Numbered from the stretch's first letter, positions 47,398 through 57,254 are shown. The stretch is DNA of 64,000 nucleotides from Acidobacteriota bacterium (GCA_965209055.1 OZ242374.1:2848001-2912000); one strand, 5' to 3'. The notes: a model not told the origin generated them from the letters alone. A program made the numbers and translations.

Positions 47398-48618
47398 ATG
47401 CAAAACTACATTGAGCGTTCTCTGGAACCGGTCCTCAGGAAGGCGTTCTCTCAGTTTCCCGCCGTCGTTCTGACCGGACCGCGCCAGTCCGGCAAGACAA
47501 CGATCCTGCAGAGGCTCTTCGGAGGCCGCTGCCGGTACGTCTCCCTGGAGCCTCCGGACGTTCAGGCGTCCGCGCTGCATGATCCGCGCAGTTTCTTGGA
47601 AACCTGCCGGCCGCCGGCGATTTTCGATGAGGTGCAGTACGTTCCCGGGCTGCTTCCATACATCAAGGAGAAGATCGATGCGAACAGGCATCGGACGGGG
47701 CAGTACCTGCTCACCGGCTCGCAGAACCTGTTGCTCATGGAGAAGGTGACCGAGTCGTTGGCGGGCCGCGCGGCCATGCTTCGGTTGTTGCCTCTCTCCA
47801 GACGTGAAGCCGAAGGACGGCCGCGGCTGCTTCTTCCCTGGGAACGTAGCGGGCACCCGGCTTCAATGCCGGCTTACGCATTTGGAGGACTCTGGAAAAA
47901 CTTTATTCGGGGCGGGTACCCGGAACTCGTGTCCCAGCCTGAAAGGGACGTGTCCCTCTGGCATTCCAGCTATATCCAGACCTATCTCGAGCGGGACGTT
48001 CGCACCCTCCGGCAGGTAGGCGACCTGACCCGGTATCAGAGTTTTGTCCGGGTTCTGGCGGCCAGAAGCGCTCAACTCTTGAACCTGACGGATGTCGCAC
48101 GAGACCTGGGCGTCGCCGTCAATACCGTCAAGGCCTGGCTCTCGGTGCTTGAAGCCAGCTACCAGGTCACGGTGCTGCGCCCCTACTTCGCCAACGTCGG
48201 GAAACGCCTCGTCAAGCGCCCGAAAGTGTATTTCACCGACACGGGGACACTCTGTCACCTCGTGGGTCTCAGGGACCCCGAACACGCCGCCTCGGGTCCC
48301 ATGGGCGGCGCTATCCTGGAGACGGCGGTGTTGTCCGAGATCGTCCGAACGCTGACGCATCGAGGGGTCGAGCCGCGGGTCTACTTTTGGAGGACGATGG
48401 CCGGGACGGAGATCGACTTCGTGATCGAGGCCGGGGGGAAGCTGGTGCCGTTGGAGGTGAAACTGTCCGCCACGCCGCGCCAACCAATGGCACGTGCCAT
48501 CAGTACTTTCCGGAGGGACCTGAAAGAGGCGGCGCGATCGGGATACCTCGTACATCCCGGTGATGTTCGCCTGCCTTTGGGCTCGGACGTGAACACATGC
48601 CCCTTCGCAGACCTGTAA
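47398..48618 (+). CDS. AAA_14 ATPase + DUF4143 (wHTH and PD-(D/E)xK-like C-terminus)
   Basis: GPRQSGKTT, IFDEVQ, LLTGSQ, GGYP, YLERDV, KRPKVYFTDTG, EIDFV..PLEVK. Confidence 0.93.
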   Translation: MQNYIERSLEPVLRKAFSQFPAVVLTGPRQSGKTTILQRLFGGRCRYVSLEPPDVQASALHDPRSFLETCRPPAIFDEVQYVPGLLPYIKEKIDANRHRTGQYLLTGSQNLLLMEKVTESLAGRAAMLRLLPLSRREAEGRPRLLLPWERSGHPASMPAYAFGGLWKNFIRGGYPELVSQPERDVSLWHSSYIQTYLERDVRTLRQVGDLTRYQSFVRVLAARSAQLLNLTDVARDLGVAVNTVKAWLSVLEASYQVTVLRPYFANVGKRLVKRPKVYFTDTGTLCHLVGLRDPEHAASGPMGGAILETAVLSEIVRTLTHRGVEPRVYFWRTMAGTEIDFVIEAGGKLVPLEVKLSATPRQPMARAISTFRRDLKEAARSGYLVHPGDVRLPLGSDVNTCPFADL

Positions 48619-48709
48619 CCACACTTCGAAAATCAAGTCGTGGTCATCACGAAATGAAGAAAGGAGCTTCCGCGCCGGTTAGAATGGCCGGGTTTCACGA
48701 GGCGATACC

Positions 48710-50779
48710 ATGTCGTTGAGGGCGTTTCTCCGAAACCTTCCCCGCGGTCACGTGGCCACCATCGCCGGGGTGGGCTGGCAGTCGGGAACCGAGGCCGCCA
48801 CCACCGATGCGGGTTGGCCCATGGGAGTGGTGCGCGACCCCCGGGGAGATCTCCTGGTGGTGGACTACCACGGCCAGCGGATCTGGAGGATTGACGGAGA
48901 CGGGATTCTCCACACCTTCGCCGGCGACGGAGTCCAGGGGTTTGCCGGAGATGGAGGACCTGCCAGGCACGCCCGATTCGATTCTCCCCATGACCTCTGG
49001 AGGGACCCGGAAGGGAATCTCTACCTGAGCGATCTGGGGAACTACCGGATCCGCCGCATCGATGCCGCCACCGGCGTCATCACGACCGTGGCCGGGTGCG
49101 GGGTCCGGGGCCGGGAAGGGGACGGAGGCCCGGCGACGGAGGCGCAACTGGACATCTCCTCCGGCGTGGCCAAGGACTCGCAGGGCAATCTCTACATCGC
49201 CGACGAACCCTCGTCCACGGTGCGGAAGGTGGATACCCAGGGCATCATCCGCCGTTACGCCGGCATCGGCGTCGGGGGATACAACGGCGACGGGATCCCG
49301 GCGTTGGAGGCGGCGCTCTATCACTGCGAGCACCTGGCGGTCGATTCCCGAGACAACCTCTACATCTGCGACAACAGCAACGACCGGATCCGCAAGGTGG
49401 ACCGCCGGGGCATTCTGACCACCGTGCTGGGCAACCCTTATCCCGTGGGCGTCGACTGCGGCTCCCTCCGATCCTCCATCGGCGACGGAGGCCCGGCCTC
49501 CGCCGCCTGCATCATCATGCCCGACGCCATCTTCATCGACGCCCGGGACAATCTGTACGTGGCCGAGAAATACGGTTTCCGCGTGCGCCGGGTGGACGCG
49601 GCCACGGGCATCGTCCAAACCGTGGTGGGCACCGGGATTCCCGGATTCGGCGAGGACGGTGATGCCGGTCCCGACAGCCGGATCAATTCCTGCGAGTCGG
49701 GTCTCTGGGCCGACCCCGACGGCACCACCTTCTGGGGCGATTGCAGCGGGCGGCTGAGAAGGGTGGACGGGAGGACCGGCGTCGTCTCCACGGTGCTGGG
49801 GGGCGCGTCGGTGAGAGACGGCGGTGTGGCGACGAGCGCCTTCATCACGGGTCCCAACGGCATCGCGGCGGGACCCGAAGGCACCGTTTATTTCGCCGAC
49901 CTCTGGGGCCAGCGGATCCGGGCCATCGACCTGGAGACCTGGCGGATCCGGACCGTCGCCGGGAACGGCGTGCGCTTCTACGGCGGGGACGGCGGGGCAG
50001 CCGTCGACGCCTATCTGGGCAACCCTCACGACGTGGCCCGGGGGCCGGAAGGCGAGATCTACATTGCCGACACCCGCTACAACCGAATCCGGAGGGTCGA
50101 TTCTTCGGGCTCGATTGCGACCCATGTGGGAACCGGCATGAGCTACGACTCGGGAGACGGAGGGCCCTCCGTCTCCGCCGCGGTGACGGCCCCCCTCTCT
50201 GTGGCCGCGTCGCCCCGGGGGGAGGTCTACCTCGGAGACTCGGTGGGGCGAATTCGCCGGGTCGATCCCGCCACCGGGGCCATCACCACCGTGGCCGGCA
50301 CCGGGAGGCCGGGATTCGGTGGAGACGGGGGACCGGCTCGCGAAGCTTCGATATCAGGACCGTCGGCCTTGGCCCTGGACCGGCAGGGGAACCTCTATTT
50401 CGCCGATACCGGAAACCACGCCGTCCGCCGCGTCGACGTCGACGGGCGAATGCGGACCGTGGTCGGGACGGGACGGCGGGGGCGGGCTCCCGACGGCGCC
50501 CGGGCGGATGGCGCTCCTCTCGACTCTCCACGTGGAGTGGCCGTGGACCGGGAGGGCAATCTCTACATCGCGGACACGGGCAACCACCGGGTGCTGGTCT
50601 CGACCCGGGAACGGGGCGTGCGCGTGCTGGCCGGCACCGGTGAAGGCGGAGAATCGGGAGACGGGGGTCCGGCCTCCCGCTGCCGTTTCAACCATCCGAC
50701 CGGCTTGGCGCTGGTAGAGGGATGCCTGCTGGTGAGCGATCACTACAACAACCGCATCCGTGCCATTAAACTGCAGTGA
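48710..50779 (+). CDS. NHL-repeat (teneurin-like) beta-propeller protein
   Basis: About 12 repeats of TVAGtG..G..GDGGPA..A.l..P.gla.D..GNLYIAD..N.RIRRVD; no clear signal peptide. Confidence 0.9.
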   Translation: MSLRAFLRNLPRGHVATIAGVGWQSGTEAATTDAGWPMGVVRDPRGDLLVVDYHGQRIWRIDGDGILHTFAGDGVQGFAGDGGPARHARFDSPHDLWRDPEGNLYLSDLGNYRIRRIDAATGVITTVAGCGVRGREGDGGPATEAQLDISSGVAKDSQGNLYIADEPSSTVRKVDTQGIIRRYAGIGVGGYNGDGIPALEAALYHCEHLAVDSRDNLYICDNSNDRIRKVDRRGILTTVLGNPYPVGVDCGSLRSSIGDGGPASAACIIMPDAIFIDARDNLYVAEKYGFRVRRVDAATGIVQTVVGTGIPGFGEDGDAGPDSRINSCESGLWADPDGTTFWGDCSGRLRRVDGRTGVVSTVLGGASVRDGGVATSAFITGPNGIAAGPEGTVYFADLWGQRIRAIDLETWRIRTVAGNGVRFYGGDGGAAVDAYLGNPHDVARGPEGEIYIADTRYNRIRRVDSSGSIATHVGTGMSYDSGDGGPSVSAAVTAPLSVAASPRGEVYLGDSVGRIRRVDPATGAITTVAGTGRPGFGGDGGPAREASISGPSALALDRQGNLYFADTGNHAVRRVDVDGRMRTVVGTGRRGRAPDGARADGAPLDSPRGVAVDREGNLYIADTGNHRVLVSTRERGVRVLAGTGEGGESGDGGPASRCRFNHPTGLALVEGCLLVSDHYNNRIRAIKLQ

Positions 50780-52590
50780 TGTCTGGAACCATGAATCTGA
50801 TCGGCCTTTTCAAATTACTGCTCCTGTCACTGATGCTCGGCGCATGCTCCATGGAGAGCGGCGGTCCGGGAGACACGCCGGCCCCACTTCCCGACGTGGC
50901 CACGGGGTCCGCGAGCGCCCTGGGCACGACGGCGATGACCGTCAACGGCAGCATCCAACCGTACGGGCGCTACTCCACCTACTACTTCGAATACGGCCTT
51001 TCGACCGAGTACGGATCGCGCACCGGGGAGACGCCGGTGCCGCCGAGGCTCGGCGCCTACTATCACGAGACCTGGGACCAGGGCCTCGGAGGATGGGCCA
51101 GCTGGCTGACGGCCGAGAGCATCGAGTCGGGAGGCGCCGAGGGCGGATTCGTCCGGTTCTCGGAGCCGAGCCGCCACGATCGCAATCACGACGACGGGAT
51201 CGGCACGCTCCATCTGACCAAGTACCTCTGGACCGGATCCCTGGGTGCGGGAGAGGACACGTCCCGCGCCTGGCTGGGTGGGGGCGATCCGGATCTCCGG
51301 GGGGCACGCGTGAGCCTCTGGGCCCGGGGAAACGATTGGCGGCCCAACGGCTCCGAAGTCTTGTGGTGGACGCAGAGCCAGAGCAACATCGAGCTCGGGC
51401 ACCAGCCGGGATGGCGCCGCGCCAACTGGGCCTACACGGGTTATACCCTCACCGATCAACTGCTCGACGGACGCTGGAACCTGGTCGATTACCGGTTGCT
51501 GAACGATTCCGCGCAATGGACCTATGGGGGGAACAATCCCACGCTCCAGGGAGAGAGCGCCGCCCGCTACGCCTACTGGTCCATCGATCAGGCCCAGGCC
51601 CACGTCAATTGCGACTTCTTTCACCTGGCGGCCACGGTGGACATCGACAATCCCCCTACGGGCTCTCTGGACTTCGACGACTTTCGGCTCGTCTACCGGA
51701 ATCATTCCCTGGTCTATCCGTCCAACGGCGGCAAGTTGATTCGCTGGCCGGGAGGGGCGCCCGACGCTCCGGCCCAGCTCACCGACGGATGGCGGCACGG
51801 ACCGGGCCGCACCTGGCGCAGCGGGAGCCGGCCGGATCAGCCTCAGGAGTTCCTCTTCGAACTGGACCGCGAGGTCACAGTGAAGACCATCCAGGTCCAT
51901 CAGAATCCGGAGTGGCCGGGTAAGGAGCTGGAGGTTTTGGCGTCCGAAGACGACCGGCAGTATGAGACGGTAGCGACCCTGACCCTGCCGGAAAAAGCCG
52001 AACACGGACCCAACTTCGCCTTCGCTCTGGAAACGGGCCTCGCGGCAAAGGCCCGCTATCTGAAGTTCCGGCTGCTCTCCGGCTACCGGGACGAGCACTG
52101 GGGACTGGGTGAGATCGAGGTCTTCGGCAGCGGCGCCCGGATGCTTCCGGATGACGGCCTCTATTACGTGAACACCGACCTGGAGGGTCTGACGCCGGGC
52201 GCGACGGTCCACTACCGGCTGGTGGCCTCCAGTGAGGAAGGAACCGTCTACGGCGAGGACCGCTCCTTCACCGTTCCCGATAGCCGCAAGCCCCGCGCCC
52301 GAACCGGGCAGGCTCTTCGCGTCGGAACCCGCGAGGTCAAGGTCCAGGGCCGGCTCAACGCCATGGGACTCCGTTCCCGGTATTACTTCGAATACGGGAA
52401 CAACCCGGGTTACGGCTCCAGGACGCCCGAGCAGTATGCCGGACAGCAGGTCAGCCCCCGCACGGTCTTTCAGGAGATCCGGGACCTGAAACCCGAGACC
52501 GGTTACCACTATCGTCTGGTGGTGGCCAACGACGAGGGCGTCTCCTACGGCGGCGACCGCAGCCTCCACACGGAGTCCGGCTCTCCGTAA
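50779..52590 (+). CDS. Lipoprotein with FN3-like repeats and discoidin/F5-8-like domain
   Basis: Lipobox LGAC; two YYFEYG and two L.P...YHYRLV motifs; ARYLKFR..GLGEIEVFG discoidin motif. Confidence 0.75.
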   Translation: MSGTMNLIGLFKLLLLSLMLGACSMESGGPGDTPAPLPDVATGSASALGTTAMTVNGSIQPYGRYSTYYFEYGLSTEYGSRTGETPVPPRLGAYYHETWDQGLGGWASWLTAESIESGGAEGGFVRFSEPSRHDRNHDDGIGTLHLTKYLWTGSLGAGEDTSRAWLGGGDPDLRGARVSLWARGNDWRPNGSEVLWWTQSQSNIELGHQPGWRRANWAYTGYTLTDQLLDGRWNLVDYRLLNDSAQWTYGGNNPTLQGESAARYAYWSIDQAQAHVNCDFFHLAATVDIDNPPTGSLDFDDFRLVYRNHSLVYPSNGGKLIRWPGGAPDAPAQLTDGWRHGPGRTWRSGSRPDQPQEFLFELDREVTVKTIQVHQNPEWPGKELEVLASEDDRQYETVATLTLPEKAEHGPNFAFALETGLAAKARYLKFRLLSGYRDEHWGLGEIEVFGSGARMLPDDGLYYVNTDLEGLTPGATVHYRLVASSEEGTVYGEDRSFTVPDSRKPRARTGQALRVGTREVKVQGRLNAMGLRSRYYFEYGNNPGYGSRTPEQYAGQQVSPRTVFQEIRDLKPETGYHYRLVVANDEGVSYGGDRSLHTESGSP

Positions 52591-52640
52591 TTCGCGGTCC
52601 CGTCCCGGCTCCTGCCGGGCGGCACGGCAAGGGAGCGGCC

Positions 52641-53951
52641 ATGAATCTGCACCAACTGCTTCAAAGGCGGCTCGAAAGCCGGGGGCCGGTGCGTGCGGGT
52701 CTCATCGGCGCCGGCAAGTTCGGTTCCATGTTCCTGTCCCAAGTGCCGTCGACCCGCGGTCTGGTGGTTCCGGTCATTGCGGATCTCGACCCGGACCGGG
52801 CGCGCCGGACCTGTCTGGCCGCAGGCTGGGACCGGGAGTTGGTGGACCGCACACGCATCGTCCGCGACGGCCTGGAGCTGGCCGCCGCCGATGACGTCGA
52901 TGTGGTGGTGGAAGCCACCGGACAGCCTCTGGCCGGACTCGCCCACGCCCGCAGCGCCATTCGGGCGGGGAAGCACGTCGTCATGGTCAATGTCGAGGCC
53001 GACGTGCTGGCCGGCCTGGAGCTGGCCCGGGAAGCGGCCGCCTCGGGAGTGGTCTATTCCATGGCTTACGGCGACCAGCCGGCTCTGATCTGCGAAATGG
53101 TGGACTGGGCTCGAGCCTGCGGTTTCCGGGTGGCCGCCGCCGGCAAAGGGACCCGGTATCTGCCCTCCTACCACGCGTCGACTCCGGAGACGGTCTGGGA
53201 CCATTACGGAATCACCGCCGAGGCGGCCCGGGCCGCCCGGATGAATCCCCGGATGTTCAATTCGTTCCTGGACGGGACCAAGTCGGCCATCGAGATGGCG
53301 GCGGTGGCCAATGCCACGGGGCTGACTCCGGCTCCCGGCGGGCTGACCTTTCCGCCCTGTGGAGTGGACGAGCTCGCCCAGGCGCTCTGTCCCCGGGAAG
53401 CCGGCGGCCGACTGCACCACCGGGGCCAGGTGGAGGTGGTCTCATCTCTGAACCGGGACGGCAGCGCCGTGGAAAGGGATTTGCGCTGGGGAGTCTACGT
53501 CGTGGTCGAGGCGCCCAACGACTACACCGCCGCTTGCTTCTCGCAATACGGCCTGAGTACCAATGAGTCGGGTGGTTATGCCGCCCACTACAAGCCCTTT
53601 CACCTGATCGGGCTGGAGCTGGGCATCTCCATTCTCTCCGCCGTGTTGCGCGGCGAGGCCACCGGCTGCCCGACCCGTTTCGCGGGGGACGTGGTGGCGA
53701 TAGCCAAGCGGGACCTCCGGCAGGGGGAGGTCCTGGACGGCGAGGGCGGTTACACCGTGTGGGGAAGGCTCATGACCGCCGCCGGCAGCGTAGCGTCGCA
53801 CGGCCTTCCCATCGGACTCGCCCACGGCGTCCGGTTGCGCCGCGATGTTCCGGCGGGCCGGTTCCTGAGCTGGTCCGATGTGGAGATCGATCCGGATCTG
53901 GAGGCAGTGCGGCTGCGCCGGGCCATGGAGCAGACCCTGGCGGAGACTTGA
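52641..53951 (+). CDS. Homoserine-dehydrogenase-like NAD(P)-dependent oxidoreductase with C-terminal SAF domain
   Basis: GAGKFG, VVVEATG, VNVEAD, GDQP, SFLDGTKSAIEM, AKRDL..GEVLDGEGGY, LPIGLA. Confidence 0.92.
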   Translation: MNLHQLLQRRLESRGPVRAGLIGAGKFGSMFLSQVPSTRGLVVPVIADLDPDRARRTCLAAGWDRELVDRTRIVRDGLELAAADDVDVVVEATGQPLAGLAHARSAIRAGKHVVMVNVEADVLAGLELAREAAASGVVYSMAYGDQPALICEMVDWARACGFRVAAAGKGTRYLPSYHASTPETVWDHYGITAEAARAARMNPRMFNSFLDGTKSAIEMAAVANATGLTPAPGGLTFPPCGVDELAQALCPREAGGRLHHRGQVEVVSSLNRDGSAVERDLRWGVYVVVEAPNDYTAACFSQYGLSTNESGGYAAHYKPFHLIGLELGISILSAVLRGEATGCPTRFAGDVVAIAKRDLRQGEVLDGEGGYTVWGRLMTAAGSVASHGLPIGLAHGVRLRRDVPAGRFLSWSDVEIDPDLEAVRLRRAMEQTLAET

Positions 53952-54157
53952 GTGGACCGACAACCGATCCTGGTTGTCGTCGCTACGGGATTGGAGTGTT
54001 TACCTTGATCGGCAACACGCATATTCCCGGCTTGATCACGCCGGCTCGATATCGGTGTGTATGAAATCCCCTCCCTACCGGGTACCGGTACAACACCGGC
54101 AATGGGATGACCATGGTCGCCTCCGACAGATTCACGATATTGGGAATTGTCGATAAA

Positions 54158-54219
54158 TGGACAAATAGGAGTAGTATTTTACTATTGATAGTGAAAACGT
54201 CTCTCGGTATCATCACGGA
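54158..54219 (+). promoter_or_regulatory. AT-rich promoter/operator region; leaderless promoter for HTH gene
   Basis: TTGATA (54185) - 17 bp - TATCAT (54208) places +1 at about the A of ATG 54220; palindromes TAGTA-ttt-TACTA (54172-54184) and ACTAT-tg-ATAGT (54181-54192). Confidence 0.6.
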
Positions 54220-54654
54220 ATGCAGATTTCGGAGATCACAGCCGTCATTCGCCGGGAATTGGAACGCCGCGGGACCAACGCCTACCGGGCAGCCGTGGAC
54301 GCGGGGCTGCCCCAGAACGCCATCCGATCGGTCCTCCGCGGCCGGGAACCCGGAAGCGAACGCCTGGCAGAAATCTGCCGGGCGCTGGAACTTGAATTTT
54401 ACGTCGGGCCGCCGAGAGGGCATCGCCAGGAGACGATCCAGGAGGCGGACGGGACCCCGGAATTGCCGGCCGGGGAACCTCAGTGGGTGGAGCGGCTCCA
54501 TGCCGGGTTGCAGGAATTGAAAGCCCAGTTGGCTGTTGCGCACGAGGACATCAAGGCGTTGCGCCGGCAGATCGGGCCGCAACAGGAGCCGCCGCCGGAA
54601 GCGCTGGATTGGCCGGCCGTTGCTGGACACACCGGCTCCCGCTCCACCGATTAG
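54220..54654 (+). CDS. XRE/phage-repressor-like HTH protein with C-terminal coiled coil
   Basis: NAYRAAVDAGLPQNAIRSVLRGREPGSERLAEICRALELEFY helix-turn-helix; heptad LHAGLQELKAQLAVAHEDIKALRRQI; no S24 peptidase domain. Confidence 0.8.
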   Translation: MQISEITAVIRRELERRGTNAYRAAVDAGLPQNAIRSVLRGREPGSERLAEICRALELEFYVGPPRGHRQETIQEADGTPELPAGEPQWVERLHAGLQELKAQLAVAHEDIKALRRQIGPQQEPPPEALDWPAVAGHTGSRSTD

Positions 54655-54674
54655 TTAATAGATTGGGAAATGGA

Positions 54675-55904
54675 ATGACCAACGCCGAACTTGTCAGACG
54701 AATCCGGCTCGGCGAGGACTCGACTCTGGAGTTCAAGCGTGTAGTAGTGGCTGGCGGCCGCGTATCGGAACCGAAGCGCAATCCCATGGCAGACGAGTTG
54801 GCCGCCCTGGCCAACGCCAGAGGCGGCACCGTGGTCCTGGGTGTAGACGACGAAACCCAGGAGATTCTTGGTATTCCGCTCCAGGATCTGGATGCCGTCG
54901 AAGGCTGGGCGCAGGAAATCTGCAATGACTCCGTGAAGCCGGCGCTCAATGCCGATATCCGAAAGTTGGAGTTGCCGGCCCGGAATGGTCAGCTGGTTCC
55001 GGTCGTTCGCCTGGACATTCCCCGTAGCCTGTTCGTACACAAGAGTCCGGGCGGATATTTCCGCCGGATCGGCAGTTCGAAGCGGGAAATGGCTCCGGAG
55101 GTTCTGGCTCGACTCTTTCAGGAACGTAGCCAGACTCGAATGATCCGGTTCGACGAGTCCATTGTGCCGGGGACCGCGACGGGCGATCTGGACTATGCGC
55201 TGACGCGCCGATTCCTTCGGGGAGAACCCGATGAAGACGGCGTCACAGAGACCGCGGCGCGAAAGCTTCGCCTCGTGGCCGACGACGATGAGGGGCGGGC
55301 GCGGATCACGCTCGCCGGTGTCCTGCTGTGCACGCGCGAACCACGAACGTGGTTGCCTCACGCATACGTGCAAGCGGTCAGCTACGCCGGGGAGCGAACC
55401 GACATCGACTATCAGACTGACGCCCGGGATATCGGCGGGTCGCTCGACGTTCAGGTCGCCGAGGCGCTGCATTTCGTGCGCCGGAACATGCTCGTGCGTG
55501 CAAGCAAAGCGACCGCGCGTGTGGATCGTCCGCAGTTCAGCGATCGGGCGGTGTTCGAGGCGTTGGTTAACGCGGTGGCGCACCGGGACTACTCGGTGGC
55601 GGGCGCGCGCGTGCGGCTGCACCTCTTCGGGGATCGCCTTGAACTCCATGTCCCGGGCGCTCTGGCGAACACTCTCACTCCTGACAGCCTGCATTTGCGC
55701 CAAGCCAGCCGGAACGAACTGATCGTCTCACTGCTGGCGCGCTGTCCGGCGCCTACCGGCCTTGGCCGTGTGAATCTAATGGACCGGCGGGGAGACGGCG
55801 TGCCCATCATCATGCAAGAATGCGAGAAGCTGTCCGGTCGCCTCCCGGAGTACAGGCTGATAGACGACAGTGAGCTGCAGCTCGTGATCTGGGCAGCCCC
55901 GTAG
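54675..55904 (+). CDS. Schlafen/AlbA_2 domain + HATPase_c_4 (RecG C-terminal-like) protein
   Basis: GEDSTLEFKR, ALANARGGTVVLGVDD, YFRRIGSSKR, EALVNAVAHRDYS, DRLELHVPG, RNELI, MDRRGDGV. Confidence 0.9.
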   Translation: MTNAELVRRIRLGEDSTLEFKRVVVAGGRVSEPKRNPMADELAALANARGGTVVLGVDDETQEILGIPLQDLDAVEGWAQEICNDSVKPALNADIRKLELPARNGQLVPVVRLDIPRSLFVHKSPGGYFRRIGSSKREMAPEVLARLFQERSQTRMIRFDESIVPGTATGDLDYALTRRFLRGEPDEDGVTETAARKLRLVADDDEGRARITLAGVLLCTREPRTWLPHAYVQAVSYAGERTDIDYQTDARDIGGSLDVQVAEALHFVRRNMLVRASKATARVDRPQFSDRAVFEALVNAVAHRDYSVAGARVRLHLFGDRLELHVPGALANTLTPDSLHLRQASRNELIVSLLARCPAPTGLGRVNLMDRRGDGVPIIMQECEKLSGRLPEYRLIDDSELQLVIWAAP

Positions 55905-55924
55905 CCGGCTGGACGGGATCCGCT

Positions 55925-56605
55925 ATGCCTGTGAAACGGGTCGTGTGCCTGGCGAACTCTCGGAAGCTGGCGGAACGGTGCGTCGCCGGCCGGGAGTGGA
56001 TCGGGGGTCGCAGAGCCGGCGCCTGGGTTCGACCGGTGAGCGATCGCGAGAGTCAGGGGGTGTCCGAGTACGAGCGGCAGTACGTTGACGGCAGCGATCC
56101 GCAGGTTTTGGACATTATCGATATTCCGGTGCTGGAACATCGCCCGCAGGACCATCAGACTGAGAACTGGTTGCTCGATCCCAAGTGCTACTGGGAGAAA
56201 GCGGGCCGCCTTACGCCGATCGATTTACCAACGTTCGTAGATACTGCTGCCCCACTCTGGGTCGACGGATACAGTACGTTCAAGGGCCGGAACGACAAGA
56301 TCCCGGTCTCGGCGATCGCTCCAGTTACCGATTCGTTACGACTTATCCGTATTGACCGTCTGCAGCTTGTCGTGTGCCGGCCCGGCGAGGCCTTCGGAAA
56401 CAACAAGCGGCGGGTTCAGGGTCGTTTCCGGCACGCGGAGACGCAATACGCGCTCTGGGTCACCGATCCCAGGTACGAGAGAAAGTATCTTTCGAAATTG
56501 GACGGCACCTATGAACTCGGAGAATGCTACATCACGATCAGTCTGGAAGAGCCGTACCAGGACTCCTGCTACAAGCTGGTCGCGACCATTTTCGAGGTTG
56601 ATTGA
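55925..56605 (+). CDS. Dual OB-fold domain protein
   Basis: VCLANSRKLAERCVAGRE, WVRPVS, HQTENW, SLRLI, YALWVTDP, ITISLEEPY..CYKLVATI. Confidence 0.8.
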   Translation: MPVKRVVCLANSRKLAERCVAGREWIGGRRAGAWVRPVSDRESQGVSEYERQYVDGSDPQVLDIIDIPVLEHRPQDHQTENWLLDPKCYWEKAGRLTPIDLPTFVDTAAPLWVDGYSTFKGRNDKIPVSAIAPVTDSLRLIRIDRLQLVVCRPGEAFGNNKRRVQGRFRHAETQYALWVTDPRYERKYLSKLDGTYELGECYITISLEEPYQDSCYKLVATIFEVD

Positions 56606-56615
56606 CAGCAGTCCG

Positions 56616-57254
56616 ATGCACCAGATTCACGGCAAGGTCTTCACCATCGGCCATTCCAACCACGAGATCGAGGGCTTCGTCGAGCTATTGCGGCAACACC
56701 GGATAGATGCCCTGGCTGACGTCCGCTCGGCACCGTACAGCCGCTTCAATCCGCAATTCAATCGGGAACCGTTCGCCGCCGCCCTCAAAGAAAAAGGGTT
56801 CCGATACGTATATTTCGGACGAGAGTTGGGCGGCCGGTCCGACAACTTCGAGTGTTACGACGAAGAGGGGCGTATCGTTTTCGATCGAGTCGCCGCAACC
56901 GGGAAGTTCAAACGTGGAATTGCACGCGTCGTTGACGGAGCCGCCAGACACCGCATAGCACTTATGTGCGCGGAGAAAGAGCCGCTCGAATGCCACCGGA
57001 CGCTGCTCGTCGCCTGCAAACTCGACAATCGGAGCGTCGAGGTCGACCACATTCATGCTGACGGCAGCCTGGAGTCGCACGACCAAGCGATGACTCGTCT
57101 GATCAAACTCGTACTTCCGCGTGAGGGCCCTCTGATTCGCCAGACTGAACCTCCCAGGGATGTGATGATCGCCGAGGCCGTTGAACGCCAAGTGAGGCGC
57201 ATTGGCTTCAGGGACAAGAGTCTGGCCGCCACTTTCGCGGAGTCAATGCAATGA
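56616..57254 (+). CDS. DUF488 family protein (long form)
   Basis: VFTIGHSN, LADVRSAPYSR, ELGGR, ALMCAEKEPLECHR. Confidence 0.9.
   Translation: MHQIHGKVFTIGHSNHEIEGFVELLRQHRIDALADVRSAPYSRFNPQFNREPFAAALKEKGFRYVYFGRELGGRSDNFECYDEEGRIVFDRVAATGKFKRGIARVVDGAARHRIALMCAEKEPLECHRTLLVACKLDNRSVEVDHIHADGSLESHDQAMTRLIKLVLPREGPLIRQTEPPRDVMIAEAVERQVRRIGFRDKSLAATFAESMQ

Noticed and set aside
48710-50779. Internal DNA repeats as a repeat array or DGR template
   Set aside because: Explained by protein-level NHL repeats; no reverse transcriptase or adenine-specific variation.
54030-54110. Short palindromes as a structured ncRNA
   Set aside because: Stems are short and GC-rich chance matches are likely; no covariation evidence is available.
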